This document shows positions 42,706 through 53,584 of a DNA stretch of 64,000 nucleotides, one piece after another. Positions within the stretch are counted from its first letter, which is position 1; each line of letters opens with the position of its first letter. Made by a program: the position numbers and the translations under genes. The stretch is taken from assembly GCA_946965045.2 (NCBI GenBank), contig OX337228.1, positions 3,596,001-3,660,000 on the forward strand. Direction: 5' to 3'. Source of the DNA: Epithemia pelagica (lineage: Eukaryota > Protista > Bacillariophyta). The notes under the pieces are model-generated. The model was given only the letters and a program-made list of their open reading frames with translations, did not search any database and was not told the origin of the DNA.

Positions 42706-44949
42706 TCACCACGATGATGAGGCACTCGTCTGAGCAGATGCTTTCGACGTCGAGTTCGGGTCATTCAACAAACTTGAGACAGTATCAGCAGACATTTCTT
42801 GAAAGATTGAAAGACCACGTGTATGGGTGGGCTTGTGTGAGGTAGTGACTGGCCGACAATATTCTTCAGTGTCGCTTGGAGTCTTCCTACCAGCCTGATC
42901 ATGATGCTTCTTACACATACCACTCAGAATTGCTTGCTTGATACAACCTTCGACACAGCATAACTTCTTCTTGGCTCCATGGGCTATGCATCGACCCCCT
43001 TGCACAGCAACCTTGGGACAGTCTGGATATTCGCATCGCTTTCTTGCGGGCCCGTGCGTGCTACAAAGTCCTGCCTTCTTAACATTCTTCGTACAACCAG
43101 GATACTTGCATGTCTTCCGTTTCGCTCCATGCGATATACACAATCCACCTTGAACAACACGGTTGGTGCAACCGGGAGCAGTGCACTTTCGACGGACACG
43201 CTTTGATGTGCCTCCAGCAGCTAGTTGGAGGATTCCACTTGGGGTCTCCACTGGAACATCTTCCTCTTCAATTTCGGTGTTACGCTGAATCGGTGACTTT
43301 TGTATGGGATCTCGATCCTGCGTAGTCACACGAGCTTGAGTCGGCGGTGGTGAACCTCGATACGAAGCTGCCGATGCGTTGGATGCCTGCAAGTTTCTCA
43401 AGAAATTAGCATCATCGATCCCAACATCGAGTCCATTCAAAAAAGAAACAGATGACGAAGAAGCACGATGATGTCCGTCCTTCTTCACATATTCAGATTC
43501 AGTTTGTGTACTGGAAGCAGGGAAAACGGACGAAGAGCCCAATATAGTGCCAAGACTGCTGAACGACGACATTTTGCGGTGATGGCCAACTTCAGCGGGG
43601 AGAGCCGCATGACCAGCATCAGTGTTCGTACCGGCATTCTTCTGCTTTGTAGAGAGGGGAAGAACCCGATTTCCGTTGCCAACAGATATTGCCGTCACAA
43701 ATGTCTGTACACCTTGGTGACTTGAAGAGGGGCCGCTATTTTCAACAGATGGAGTACTTCGATAGCTTGGCTCCCATTCGGGCGTGCGACCAAAATGGCT
43801 CACATCGGCATCTTCAGGTCGAGGTCCTCGGTAATTACCGTAATCGCGACTCTTGTGGTATTCCAGTGGCTGTTGCGGATACTGGGCTGGATAATGGTGA
43901 TGAATCGGCCCTTTGCTTCCATAGTGGTGACCGTAGTACGCCGTTCCAGGAATAGGTGGAACGGGGTAGTGGTGGTAGTTACCACTGTTGGTTCCTGGTT
44001 GGTAATGCGGTGCATAGGAAGTGTGGGGGTTCGGATGAGGAAGCGGAGGATGTCGTCCACGCTGCCTGTGAGGCGGGGGCTCCATTTGATGCTGTTGAAC
44101 AGGCCCACTTGACTCATGTTCGAAAGAGTGAGGTCTCTCAGATGCATGGGAGGAAGAGGAGACGGTTGAAGACACGTGTCCACCTGGAGGCAAAGTTCTG
44201 GATGGAGGCTGACTCCAGGCAGGTGTGTCGCTACCAGCGACAGCAGCAATCTCCTCCTTAGTAGCATTCGCGGCTGCCGAGAGAATATCCAGGCCTTCGC
44301 TAGGTTCACGGTGATGTTGACGACGTGAGACAGGGGCAGCGTTGCCAACCGAGTTCAACCTGCGATGAGCCAGATTGGGGTTGGTAACATCACCAGAGAA
44401 GATTCGTCGGTGCTTGCGGTTGACAAGATCAGTATCAATATGCCCGTCAGTAGCTAAGTCATCTGAGATGGAGGTAGCATCTAATAGAGCAGAAAGATTC
44501 CGCGTGTGGCAAGGTTCTCCTTTCCTTTGGCGGTCTGGTGAGGACGGGTTTCGGAGCTCCTCTGTATCTTCCTCTTTCTTATCTCCATCAGGACTTCTGC
44601 TTTGACGTTCGCGTAGCTTGTCATGGGGACTCGATGAACCAGCCGGCAGAAGTGCTCCGTGATCATCAAACGAAGGTTGGACCACCACAACTTCATCGGA
44701 ATCTTCAGTTGACGCGGTGCGAAAATGCCTTGGACTCGTTGGACCTTTCGTATCAGGAAGAACCTGCTCATTCAAGGCATGACGCGCCCTCTCTTCCGTC
44801 AACGATGAATTCGTCATGCTTGCACGGAGCAGCGTTCCGATAGATGAATAGGAAGAGCAGAGATTTGACGGGAAAATCCAATCAGAGTAGTCGGCTGGTG
44901 ATGGCACCTGACTCTCAAAATTGTGTGACAGACTGTGATGAAGCGGCAT
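42706..44949 (-). CDS. Protein with WRKY19-like zinc-finger repeats (747 aa)
   Basis: Four tandem CxxxxC...GG/AG-xCxxHG repeats near the C-terminus. Confidence 0.85.
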   Translation of the reverse strand: MPLHHSLSHNFESQVPSPADYSDWIFPSNLCSSYSSIGTLLRASMTNSSLTEERARHALNEQVLPDTKGPTSPRHFRTASTEDSDEVVVVQPSFDDHGALLPAGSSSPHDKLRERQSRSPDGDKKEEDTEELRNPSSPDRQRKGEPCHTRNLSALLDATSISDDLATDGHIDTDLVNRKHRRIFSGDVTNPNLAHRRLNSVGNAAPVSRRQHHREPSEGLDILSAAANATKEEIAAVAGSDTPAWSQPPSRTLPPGGHVSSTVSSSSHASERPHSFEHESSGPVQQHQMEPPPHRQRGRHPPLPHPNPHTSYAPHYQPGTNSGNYHHYPVPPIPGTAYYGHHYGSKGPIHHHYPAQYPQQPLEYHKSRDYGNYRGPRPEDADVSHFGRTPEWEPSYRSTPSVENSGPSSSHQGVQTFVTAISVGNGNRVLPLSTKQKNAGTNTDAGHAALPAEVGHHRKMSSFSSLGTILGSSSVFPASSTQTESEYVKKDGHHRASSSSVSFLNGLDVGIDDANFLRNLQASNASAASYRGSPPPTQARVTTQDRDPIQKSPIQRNTEIEEEDVPVETPSGILQLAAGGTSKRVRRKCTAPGCTNRVVQGGLCISHGAKRKTCKYPGCTKNVKKAGLCSTHGPARKRCEYPDCPKVAVQGGRCIAHGAKKKLCCVEGCIKQAILSGMCKKHHDQAGRKTPSDTEEYCRPVTTSHKPTHTRGLSIFQEMSADTVSSLLNDPNSTSKASAQTSASSSW

Positions 44950-46083
44950 GATGGCGACGAATCAGAGAGGAAGAGGGAGCGAAAGCAAGTGAGTCTCCAC
45001 GTTCAGATGACAATTTCTCTGGTAAAAAGAGAAAGCTCGTGACGATAAGGCGTTGATTCAATTTGTTTTTGAGACAGAGGATGCACATAAAAAGAACGTG
45101 GAGGTTGGCTTCCTGAGTCCTGAGGAAAAATGAGCACGGAGAAAAAATATTTTGCGCCGTGCGTCGCTCGGAGTCTCAACACACGGTGCTTTACGGTGGC
45201 GACCTTGCGTGCGAAAGGCGGGCGGCTGCTTTTGCTGCACCAAAAACGACTCGCGCATCCGCAATCCGCACCACCACCCGTACGAGGCTCCAACAAAAAA
45301 GAAACTTATTTCTGGAGTACACAGGAGGCCATTATTCGGTTCAAATAATTCGCCAGCAAAGGTGCATCATTATCCCGCCATATCCACGAGGACAAGAGGC
45401 TCACGGGGAAGAGATCCTTTTTTCTCCCAAAAGAACAGAACGATATCGCGCACACGGGTTCATGTGTGGAACCAATTTTTGGTGATCGAGCCGTTGCGTG
45501 ATACGGTGGAAGATGCTTCCAGTTTCTAACCGGACTCTCAAAATCATCGAACGAGGCGATCTCCTCCGTTGATACCCTTCATGATGTGCTTACCTTGCAA
45601 ATATCGAAAGCGAAATACAAAGAGCTTGTTGCCGTTGAGATATCCCAGCAGAGATCTGTCTTACAACCTAGTCTGTGCGCAAAGGGATCCCCGTCATTTT
45701 CGGACGATTTCGTCCAACTCTAAACAAGGACGACTTTTGATACGGCCAATTTGTCCTCGTGACTGAATTGGGCCACGAGTGGTGCGCAAACAGCGCAACT
45801 CCGACGAATTTTCTAAAATTCGCAACGACCACTAAACAGCCAGATTACTATGAGTAGGACGGTTATTATATAACGTGGGGTTAACGACTGTATGGATGAA
45901 AATATGTAGCGGGATCTCGCCCGGCGTAATACGACCTCATTTTTAATCGGAGTGCTTCTTGACGAAGAAGACGAGATGCTTCGTGTTCGGGGGATGACCA
46001 TAATTTGGCCAGCACAAAAAATAATGTCTTTGAGCTCTCCGGCTTGATTGCTCGTCCGCCTGTGCCAATAGAGCGCAGCAACC

Positions 46084-46610
46084 ATGACCCTGCACCATTC
46101 CACCGAGAGTGGACCAACAAAGAGTGCTTGCTCCCGACACATGAAGTCTCGCTTTAGAAAAAAGGGACATCGTAGAAGTGCATTCCGAATCTATGCTGCT
46201 GGCAAGCCTTCTAGCGATGATCAACTCGTTCCAGCGTCGTGTCCGGCACACTCCAAGGAGGACGATGTTTCCCCAGAAGCTTTGGCATCAGAAGCTTTTG
46301 ATGTATCATCTGACTGGGCGCGGATGAATTTTCATCTTCCCGTTGATCAATGCAATCCTCAGGAGAAGCAAACTGATGTTAAAGACACTTCCCCGTGGAA
46401 GTCAATAACGTCCTGGAGAAAAGGAAAATGGAGCAAACAGGGTCGGGGCAACTCTGCAACAACGAACGGTATCCCTGCCACAAAGAAACCCACAAGTCCC
46501 ATCCTGTTGGATGCGCAGCTGCGACAGGTAAGTTGACAGTGCTTTGCCTGTATTCTGAAGAAGATGTATTTCATTTCGGCTCACCATCTCTTCAGTTGTC
46601 TCTAGCCTAA
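46084..46610 (+). CDS. Hypothetical protein with probable intron 46528-46595
   Basis: ATG ORF ends at CAG|GTAAGT; a CTCAC branch-like site and TTCAG acceptor give a short last exon LSLA*; no recognisable domain. Confidence 0.4.
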
Positions 46611-47531
46611 ACTCCTTGGATTCCTCCCACGATGTGTGGGCTCTTCTCCTTACAGGGACATGCAGTCATGAAGCGATCTTAGTTGGACAGCCATGTCAAC
46701 TTGGCTATCGATGCTTGTGTTTGAAAGCTTCTTTTATGAGACTGTACTCCTCCAACTTGCGCGTATCACCGAAAGACTGTGGTATGTCTCTGCGAGAATG
46801 ATATGCACCGTCAAGACGATAGAATGCGGTGCAGGACAAAACTTGTACACCTACTCCTATTTTCTAGAAAATGTAACGTGTTGTCTATAGAATTGATTGA
46901 TTTTCAAGTTGACTTTCGTAGCTCGATCAATGATCGTAGTTTCAATTTGTCCTACCCGTTCTGACGAGTTGACCAGTTTCTAGTAACAACATCCGTCGTT
47001 GGGGTGCCATTATTGATCGTTCTGCATCTGCATGGCGGTGACGAGTCCTATTCCATCGAAGTACAAACGGCGTGTCGAAAAATGGCAAAATTGTGGCGCT
47101 TCGCGGTTTTGTGTGTCTCGAGAGCGCACGCCTGCGCGTGCGCGTGTGTTGGATTTTCGAAAACTTCCAGGGACCCACATTTTGCTTTTGCCGATGCCAA
47201 TTGTATCCGCAATCTAGGAGTTGCCGGCCCTAACGGCTAGATAGACTCCGATCCTGAATCATGAGATCTGTTCCGCCGCTGTCTCTACTAAGGACACAAC
47301 ATTTGCCAACCCACCTTCCACCTTCGTCTTCGCGTTGGACAGGGATTGCTTTGGTGTAGAAGCTCATAGCCAGTGTAATATGGCAGACTAGGTACCTAGG
47401 TACTCGTAGATGTAGATGGTAGGGCGAAAAGACGGATCAAGGTTGCCTGATGTCGTGTTGCTAGGACAACAAGGAGGCGACACCGTCAATACTCACCAAA
47501 TTACACAACATAACCATGTTCTCTATTCTTC

Positions 47532-49214
47532 TTAGAAACATTCTGTGCAGCAAATACAGATTACGGGGGCTTCAACAAAAGCCGTTGGTCTCTTACAATC
47601 CGCATTTAGTAAAGATAAAGATGGCCACATTACGGAAGAGCTTCCCGCTGTCTCATTTTCACACCCTGATATAATTTCCCCTGATAACTGATTTTCCTCC
47701 AATCTCAGCTCTTGCAGCATTCTCCAACCAGAACCGAAATTGCTCGGTATGACACCTCGTAGATTATTGACGTGCAACCAGACCTCAACAAGAGACGCGC
47801 GTTCTTCGTACGACAAGTTCGGTAACTGGTTGAAATTGTTGTTGTCCAAATAAAGGTAAGAGAGACTGGAGGCACTGAAGAAGGACGCAGGAATAGCACC
47901 AGAGATATTGTTGAATGACAAATCTAACACTACCATGTCTTCCGGGATAGTTTCAACGGTAGCAAGCGTCCCAGTGAATTGGTTGTGCTCTGCAATAAAT
48001 GACTTCAGAAGTGGCCTGTTGAAAATCCAGTGGGGTATACTTCCCGAGAAGAGGTTGTTGTCGATCCAAATGTCTTGTAGGAAGGATAGCGTGGCCTCCT
48101 CCTCCATAAAGCTTGAAGACGGTAGCTCCCCGGTGATCGAATTATTTGTCAAATAGACAAGCCGAAGCGAAGGTAAACTCCAAAAAGAAGGATTCAGAGC
48201 TCCACCAAGTTTGTTGAAAGAACAATCGAGCATATACAGAAAAGGCAAATAGAATTCGTCTTGTACAGTTGGACCCGAGCCGCGACTTTCAAACCAAAGG
48301 GAAGGAATGGATCCACGCAGCTCATTGGAGGATACGTTAAACTCTTGCAGATACGTCAATTCGCGAAGTTCAGGAGGCAGCACACCAACAGCATCAACAC
48401 CACTCCATTCAATACGACGAACCACAGGAACTATTACGGTTGTAGTCGAAGTTTGATCTACAATGGCTTGGTCACAAAAAACACCAGTCCAGTCACATTC
48501 GGACTCTTCTGCAAAAATTGTAGCATCCTCCACCTCCGTACTGATGTTGTTCTTGTTAAACTGCATGGAGAAAAATAAGAGAGTCAACACATAGCGTTGT
48601 GTGAATCGTACTGACGTTGGATCCACAAGTATCTCGTCTCGAAGTAAATCACGTGTTAACATCCAGCGACGAGCAAGAGCACGCGCAGGCTCCAAAACAA
48701 GATTCACTTCGTTGCTCGGGTCGGAAAGGGGGACATTGATCTCATCAATCAAAGTATCTAGCGATGCCTCTGTTTCTGGGTCAATGGTCGGAGCCATCGA
48801 TGGAGCCGAAGACTGCGACGGAGCCTCAGTCTCTTCCTCGTTCCCGCCAACTGAAGATCCACCTGTCGTTGTCACAATCACCACGACAATGGCAACCGCG
48901 GCGCTAACCACAACTCCCATAACAACAAAAGATCTCCAGGAGGCCCATCTCCGTTTCCGGCGCCTCCGTTTGCGATCTTTTTTTCTTTTTCTACTATGCT
49001 TCTTCAGCAGTCCATCCCGAGAACTTCCATCGATACCTCTCTGTGCGCCACCCTCTGGATCAGCTACAACTGCAGAAACAACAGACACGGTGGATCGGGC
49101 TTCAGCGTCCCCATCGGAACTCGCAACAGCTCCAACAACACTGACAGATTCCGTAGATTCAGCATCATCCAAAGCAGCGTGGTCCGAAGTATCCTCAGGG
49201 ATCGGACGCAACAT
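47532..49214 (-). CDS. Type II membrane LRR protein (diatom-type)
   Basis: Basic stop-transfer cluster, TM helix FVVMGVVVSAAVAIVVVIV, QRYVL...F / ECDWTGVFC cap, and plant-like LxxNxLxGxIP repeats. Confidence 0.88.
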   Translation of the reverse strand: MLRPIPEDTSDHAALDDAESTESVSVVGAVASSDGDAEARSTVSVVSAVVADPEGGAQRGIDGSSRDGLLKKHSRKRKKDRKRRRRKRRWASWRSFVVMGVVVSAAVAIVVVIVTTTGGSSVGGNEEETEAPSQSSAPSMAPTIDPETEASLDTLIDEINVPLSDPSNEVNLVLEPARALARRWMLTRDLLRDEILVDPTSVRFTQRYVLTLLFFSMQFNKNNISTEVEDATIFAEESECDWTGVFCDQAIVDQTSTTTVIVPVVRRIEWSGVDAVGVLPPELRELTYLQEFNVSSNELRGSIPSLWFESRGSGPTVQDEFYLPFLYMLDCSFNKLGGALNPSFWSLPSLRLVYLTNNSITGELPSSSFMEEEATLSFLQDIWIDNNLFSGSIPHWIFNRPLLKSFIAEHNQFTGTLATVETIPEDMVVLDLSFNNISGAIPASFFSASSLSYLYLDNNNFNQLPNLSYEERASLVEVWLHVNNLRGVIPSNFGSGWRMLQELRLEENQLSGEIISGCENETAGSSSVMWPSLSLLNADCKRPTAFVEAPVICICCTECF

Positions 49215-49395
49215 CTTTCTTTGCCGTCGACTGCTTTGAACTACTGTGAATGTCACGAATTCCAACACTCAGGCAGAACAACCGAAATCGATTGACAAAA
49301 AAATGCAAGATTGCAGTGTACAGTGCACAGAGAAATCGTGCGTGAAATACTCCTAAGATAAGGTTTAAAAATGTAAAATCGCGCTACGGTGCCAT

Positions 49396-49468
49396 GAGGG
49401 TTTAGCTCAGTTGGTAGAGTTTCGGATTCCAGTCCCGAAGGTCATCGGTTCAAGTCCGGTAACCCTCA
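49396..49468 (+). tRNA. tRNA-Trp(CCA)
   Basis: Cloverleaf: GAGGGTT/AACCCTC acceptor stem, GCTC/GAGT D-stem, loop TTCCAGT, GGTTCAAGTCC T-arm; A31:C39 mismatch. Confidence 0.92.
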
Positions 49469-49475
49469 CGAATGA

Positions 49476-49480
49476 TTTTT
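49476..49480 (+). terminator. Pol III oligo-T terminator
   Basis: TTTTT 8 nt downstream of the tRNA. Confidence 0.6.
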
Positions 49481-49627
49481 CCAAGTGCCACTATTGACCG
49501 CAGACTACCTCTAGAAATGTACATCGATGCTCCGCTTCATCATTTTTTTGTCCATCGAAAACACAGTCCCAATTCTACACAGGAGGTGATTCGAAGAGAT
49601 AAGCGCTAATAAGCATGTCTGCAGGAT

Positions 49628-50893
49628 ATGAAGCTGCTTAAGAAACAAATTAGTCACAAAGATGGAGGTGGCATGGTGTTCTTGCAGCCAGAAACAGCCG
49701 AGGATCTTTGGCATGCGTACAATCTAGTTCAGGTGGGAGACGAAGTCAGATGTACAACTGTTCGGAAAGTGGTCAAGGAGTCTTCAACTGGGTCCACAAC
49801 AAGTCAGAAGAAGCGGTTAATGCTTACAATCGATGTCGGCAAAGTTGACTTTGATTCGGATGTCTTGCAGCTGCGAATATCAGGTCAAGTGACGAGCGAA
49901 AACGATGTGGTCAGAATGGGTGCTTTTCACACATTGACTGTCGAACTCAATGTTTCCTTTAGTATTGCGAAAGATGTTTGGGATCAAGTGTACTTGGATC
50001 GAATTGAGGAAGCTGTCAACCCAGACAGACAAGCAGAAATCGCTGCAGTAGTGCTTCAGATGGGTCTTGCACATGTGTGCCTTGTCACTGGTGCCCTGAC
50101 TGTCACCAAAGCTCGAATTGAAACAAACATACCAAAGAAACGCACAGGTTATACAAGTCAGCATTCCAAAGCGACAACAAAGTTTTATGAAGCAATTTAT
50201 CAGGCTATCTTACGCCATGTGGACTTTGCAAAAGTCAAAGTGGTTTTGCTTGGTTCACCTGGTTTTGTAAAAGATGATTTTTTCAAATATTTGATCCAAG
50301 AATCAGTCAAGAGGGAAGACCGAGCACTAATTGAAAACAAGCAAAAGTTCGTACTTTGTAAAGCATCTTCTGGGCACAAACACGCTCTCGAAGAAGTTTT
50401 CTCAGATCCAGCCATCATGGCGCGCATGAATGACACTAAAGTCGCCAAAGAGGTGGATGTCCTAAACAAATTCATGCGTATGATGGAGATTGATCCTGAC
50501 CGCGCGTATTATGGATATGCGCACGTGTCAAAAGCCAATGAGCAAATGGCTATTGATTCTCTTCTTGTTACAGATGAACTATTTAGGAGCTCCGGCGTTA
50601 GAACGCGAAGGCAGTATGTTGAACTGGTTGAATCCGTTCGTGAGAAAGGTGGGCAAGTGTTCATCTTCAGCTCATTGCACATATCAGGTCAGCAGCTACA
50701 ACAACTTTCAGGGGTGGCCGCTATCCTCAGATTCCCAATGCCCGATCTAGACGAATTGGAAGAAATCGCTCAATATCATGCGGACCTGTCAAATCGTGAT
50801 GCGAGTAGCAATTTCGAGGAAGACGATGATGAAGAAGAGTATGTCGACCCTGAAAGACGCATCAGAGAAGACATTGCAGACATGGGACTCTAG
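49628..50893 (+). CDS. PELO: Pelota/Dom34 ribosome rescue factor
   Basis: EDLWHAYNL, RKV...SST, GAFHTL, IPKKR, ASSGHKHALEE, RAYYG, GQQLQQLSGVAAILRFP. Confidence 0.96.
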   Translation: MKLLKKQISHKDGGGMVFLQPETAEDLWHAYNLVQVGDEVRCTTVRKVVKESSTGSTTSQKKRLMLTIDVGKVDFDSDVLQLRISGQVTSENDVVRMGAFHTLTVELNVSFSIAKDVWDQVYLDRIEEAVNPDRQAEIAAVVLQMGLAHVCLVTGALTVTKARIETNIPKKRTGYTSQHSKATTKFYEAIYQAILRHVDFAKVKVVLLGSPGFVKDDFFKYLIQESVKREDRALIENKQKFVLCKASSGHKHALEEVFSDPAIMARMNDTKVAKEVDVLNKFMRMMEIDPDRAYYGYAHVSKANEQMAIDSLLVTDELFRSSGVRTRRQYVELVESVREKGGQVFIFSSLHISGQQLQQLSGVAAILRFPMPDLDELEEIAQYHADLSNRDASSNFEEDDDEEEYVDPERRIREDIADMGL

Positions 50894-52750
50894 CTTCCGT
50901 TTCTGTTGCGAAAGTCAACAGAAGTTGGCCACGGAAATCTTTTTCCCTGACGAATGGAATAGGCAGAGTCTTATTCATTCTCCCACCAGCTTTTGTTGTA
51001 GTGAGGAAATCCCTTGAACCTGGTCTTAGGACCAACTCCTCCTTACCATGTCGTCGGTTTCCGGTTTCGAAAGGAGTAGAAGTATTAAGGCTTCTTGCTT
51101 TCTCGGAGACAACTACGGCTGAGATACTTGTCCTCTACTCCTGACCTACTGAGCTATGGTAGGAGTGTTCCTCTCTAGCAAAATTGTTGCAAGTTGTTGC
51201 GTAGCAAACGTAGCAAACATAAGCTTTTTCTCTTCTGAGATCTGATATTCGCCATTATTTCCCCTCCATATTGGTGAGGCGGCCAGACAAATCCCCAACC
51301 CTATCCTGTTTTCAATGTCGCCCGCCACTGCTTCAGGTAGCTCTAAGTATCTCTAATTGCCAACACCGTTACATCAAGGTCGGCTTGCGTCCTTGTTTGA
51401 GACGAATGCTCATAAATTTGGACAACCCTCTCGCTCTCGTCTGTCACAAAACCCAAAACCCTGGCAAATGCTTGACCATGACGTGAGGTAAGAACCATGG
51501 ACGGATCATGCTTGGCTGAATCACTTCTAACTTCTCACTACTGCTGCTTATTTCTAATCTTGTTGTCTCCTTTTCTTTCTTCTTACTCATCACTGCTGCA
51601 ATCTTTCCTTTTGTTTATGCATGATCCTTTGGTTTTGTCTCATGTTGTACTAGTAGACTAGGTATAAGCTGCTTATGGTCGAGTGGAATATCTTTTCCTT
51701 TCCCCTTCTTGTAATTCTTTTGTTGTTTGATTGTTGGCTGGTTTGTTACTTTCATGTCTTCTGTAGGATAGATGATTCACTATTCATATTGTAGCATCAT
51801 TCTCAATCATTTCTCAACGACCAAACATTTTGTTGTTTTTGCTTCAAGTAGATGGCTCCATCTTGCTCCTCCCACACCCTACTTTCTAATTATCAGCTCC
51901 TAGATCGAGAGTCAAACAGCGAATGATTCAATTTGTAGCTGTACAAGCTTGTAAGAGCTGCTCTGTCATGTGTTCATGGTGCAACTGAGGGTCATTGACG
52001 TGCTCCAAACAGAAAACAGATGTACAACACGAAAACAGAAGGCACTAAACTCTATAGATGGCTAGCACTTGAGTTCTATTTCTAGGAAATAAAGAAAAGA
52101 AGGTTTATAGTCTGTGGATAAATGCAATGAAAGTTTTGGGTCTCATTTCGACAGAAATGAACAATGGCAAGTAATGAGCTGCTGAACCAGAGACACAGCA
52201 GATGAGCAGACTCTCGTCCAATGAGCAGAGCAAGCAAAAGCGACAAGTGTGAGTGAGCATGTGCAATGTAATTGTCATGGCAATCCGCAATGGATTAAGC
52301 TCACCTGGAATGCCATTAATGCGATGTGCTTTGGCAAGAGAAAAGGATTGTGTGTTGTGTGCTTATCCGGCATTATGAAACAACCAACCGTCATCCACGC
52401 AGGGCCGCTTGCTGGCAGTTGGAGAGCTGGCAAAGCCACCCTGTTTGAGAGCAAGCTCTCCCTAGCACGTGTCCAGTACACGCGACCAAAATTGGTCTGG
52501 CCGCCTCACCAATATGGAGGGGAAATAATGGCGAATCAACTTAAGGGCGAGTCCTGCCGTTGCGTATTACAGCCCAGGAGGATATCCAGTGATAATTGAC
52601 TGAAAGTTTGTTGGGAACGACCTTTTGCCGGGATTTATGACCTAAGAAGACCACAACGCTTTCCTATTATTTTTTTATTCCGCTTATGATCCACTTTCCC
52701 ACGAAGACAAACTTAGGCCACAAATTTGCTAGAAAAGTTTCCTTTCCGCC

Positions 52751-53464
52751 ATGATGAAGCAAACCGTAATTTTCGTCCTGCTTGTAGCGTTGAACTCAGT
52801 CTCCGGGGAGATTTACAGGTTGGACAACATAATGTCAGGAAACCCAAGTTTCGAATCCGTCGACAAGACAAGTGGTCGCTCGATGGACGCAAGAAAATTA
52901 AAAATTCTGGACACTGGAACTTTGGGCAGTATCAATGCAACGACAGACACCTGCAAAGTGGTTGGTGCTGGTATTCGTTGTGACGTTCAATCAGTCATCT
53001 CTTCCGATGATGGGGACAGAGCCGACGTCAGAATTCAAGTTAATTGTCCGTTGGACTCCCAGCTTGCCTTTGATTTTCGAAGAGCTCACGGGTGCGCATG
53101 TGGAGCTGCAGTCAAGCATTTTGATGGACGCGAGAAGTTTTGTCCCTGCATAGTCTGTCCCCTTGGTTTTGGAAATTCTCCCATCTCGATTGACTGCTCC
53201 ATGAGAGAAGACCCATTTATCGTTGGCACATGCTCGTACTTGGACTGTGGCTTTGGATGCAACGGGACATGCGAGTTCAGTTGCAAGAATTCCGGGCCAA
53301 GTTGCACATTCTGCGCAAACAATCCTGGTGCTCCAACGCCGGCACCAACGGGGCCGGATGGTCCAGGTTTGCCACCATCCCTGATCCGATCACATGGAGA
53401 AGTAGTTTCCATGCCTTCTGCTGCCATGTTGTTTCTAGTGGGGGGACTCTTTTTCTTACTGTAG
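52751..53464 (+). CDS. Secreted Cys-rich protein with probable GPI anchor (237 aa)
   Basis: Signal-peptide-like N-terminus, many Cys, P/T-rich spacer and hydrophobic C-terminus. Confidence 0.75.
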   Translation: MMKQTVIFVLLVALNSVSGEIYRLDNIMSGNPSFESVDKTSGRSMDARKLKILDTGTLGSINATTDTCKVVGAGIRCDVQSVISSDDGDRADVRIQVNCPLDSQLAFDFRRAHGCACGAAVKHFDGREKFCPCIVCPLGFGNSPISIDCSMREDPFIVGTCSYLDCGFGCNGTCEFSCKNSGPSCTFCANNPGAPTPAPTGPDGPGLPPSLIRSHGEVVSMPSAAMLFLVGGLFFLL

Positions 53465-53584
53465 CCAAACTAAATTAGCGCTATGATTACATGGGTTGTT
53501 ATTTTTATCTCCTTGAGGGAACTCAAAAACAAGGTATAAACAGGATAATCCCAATCCGATCAAGTTAGTCATGTCTTGGTTAGC

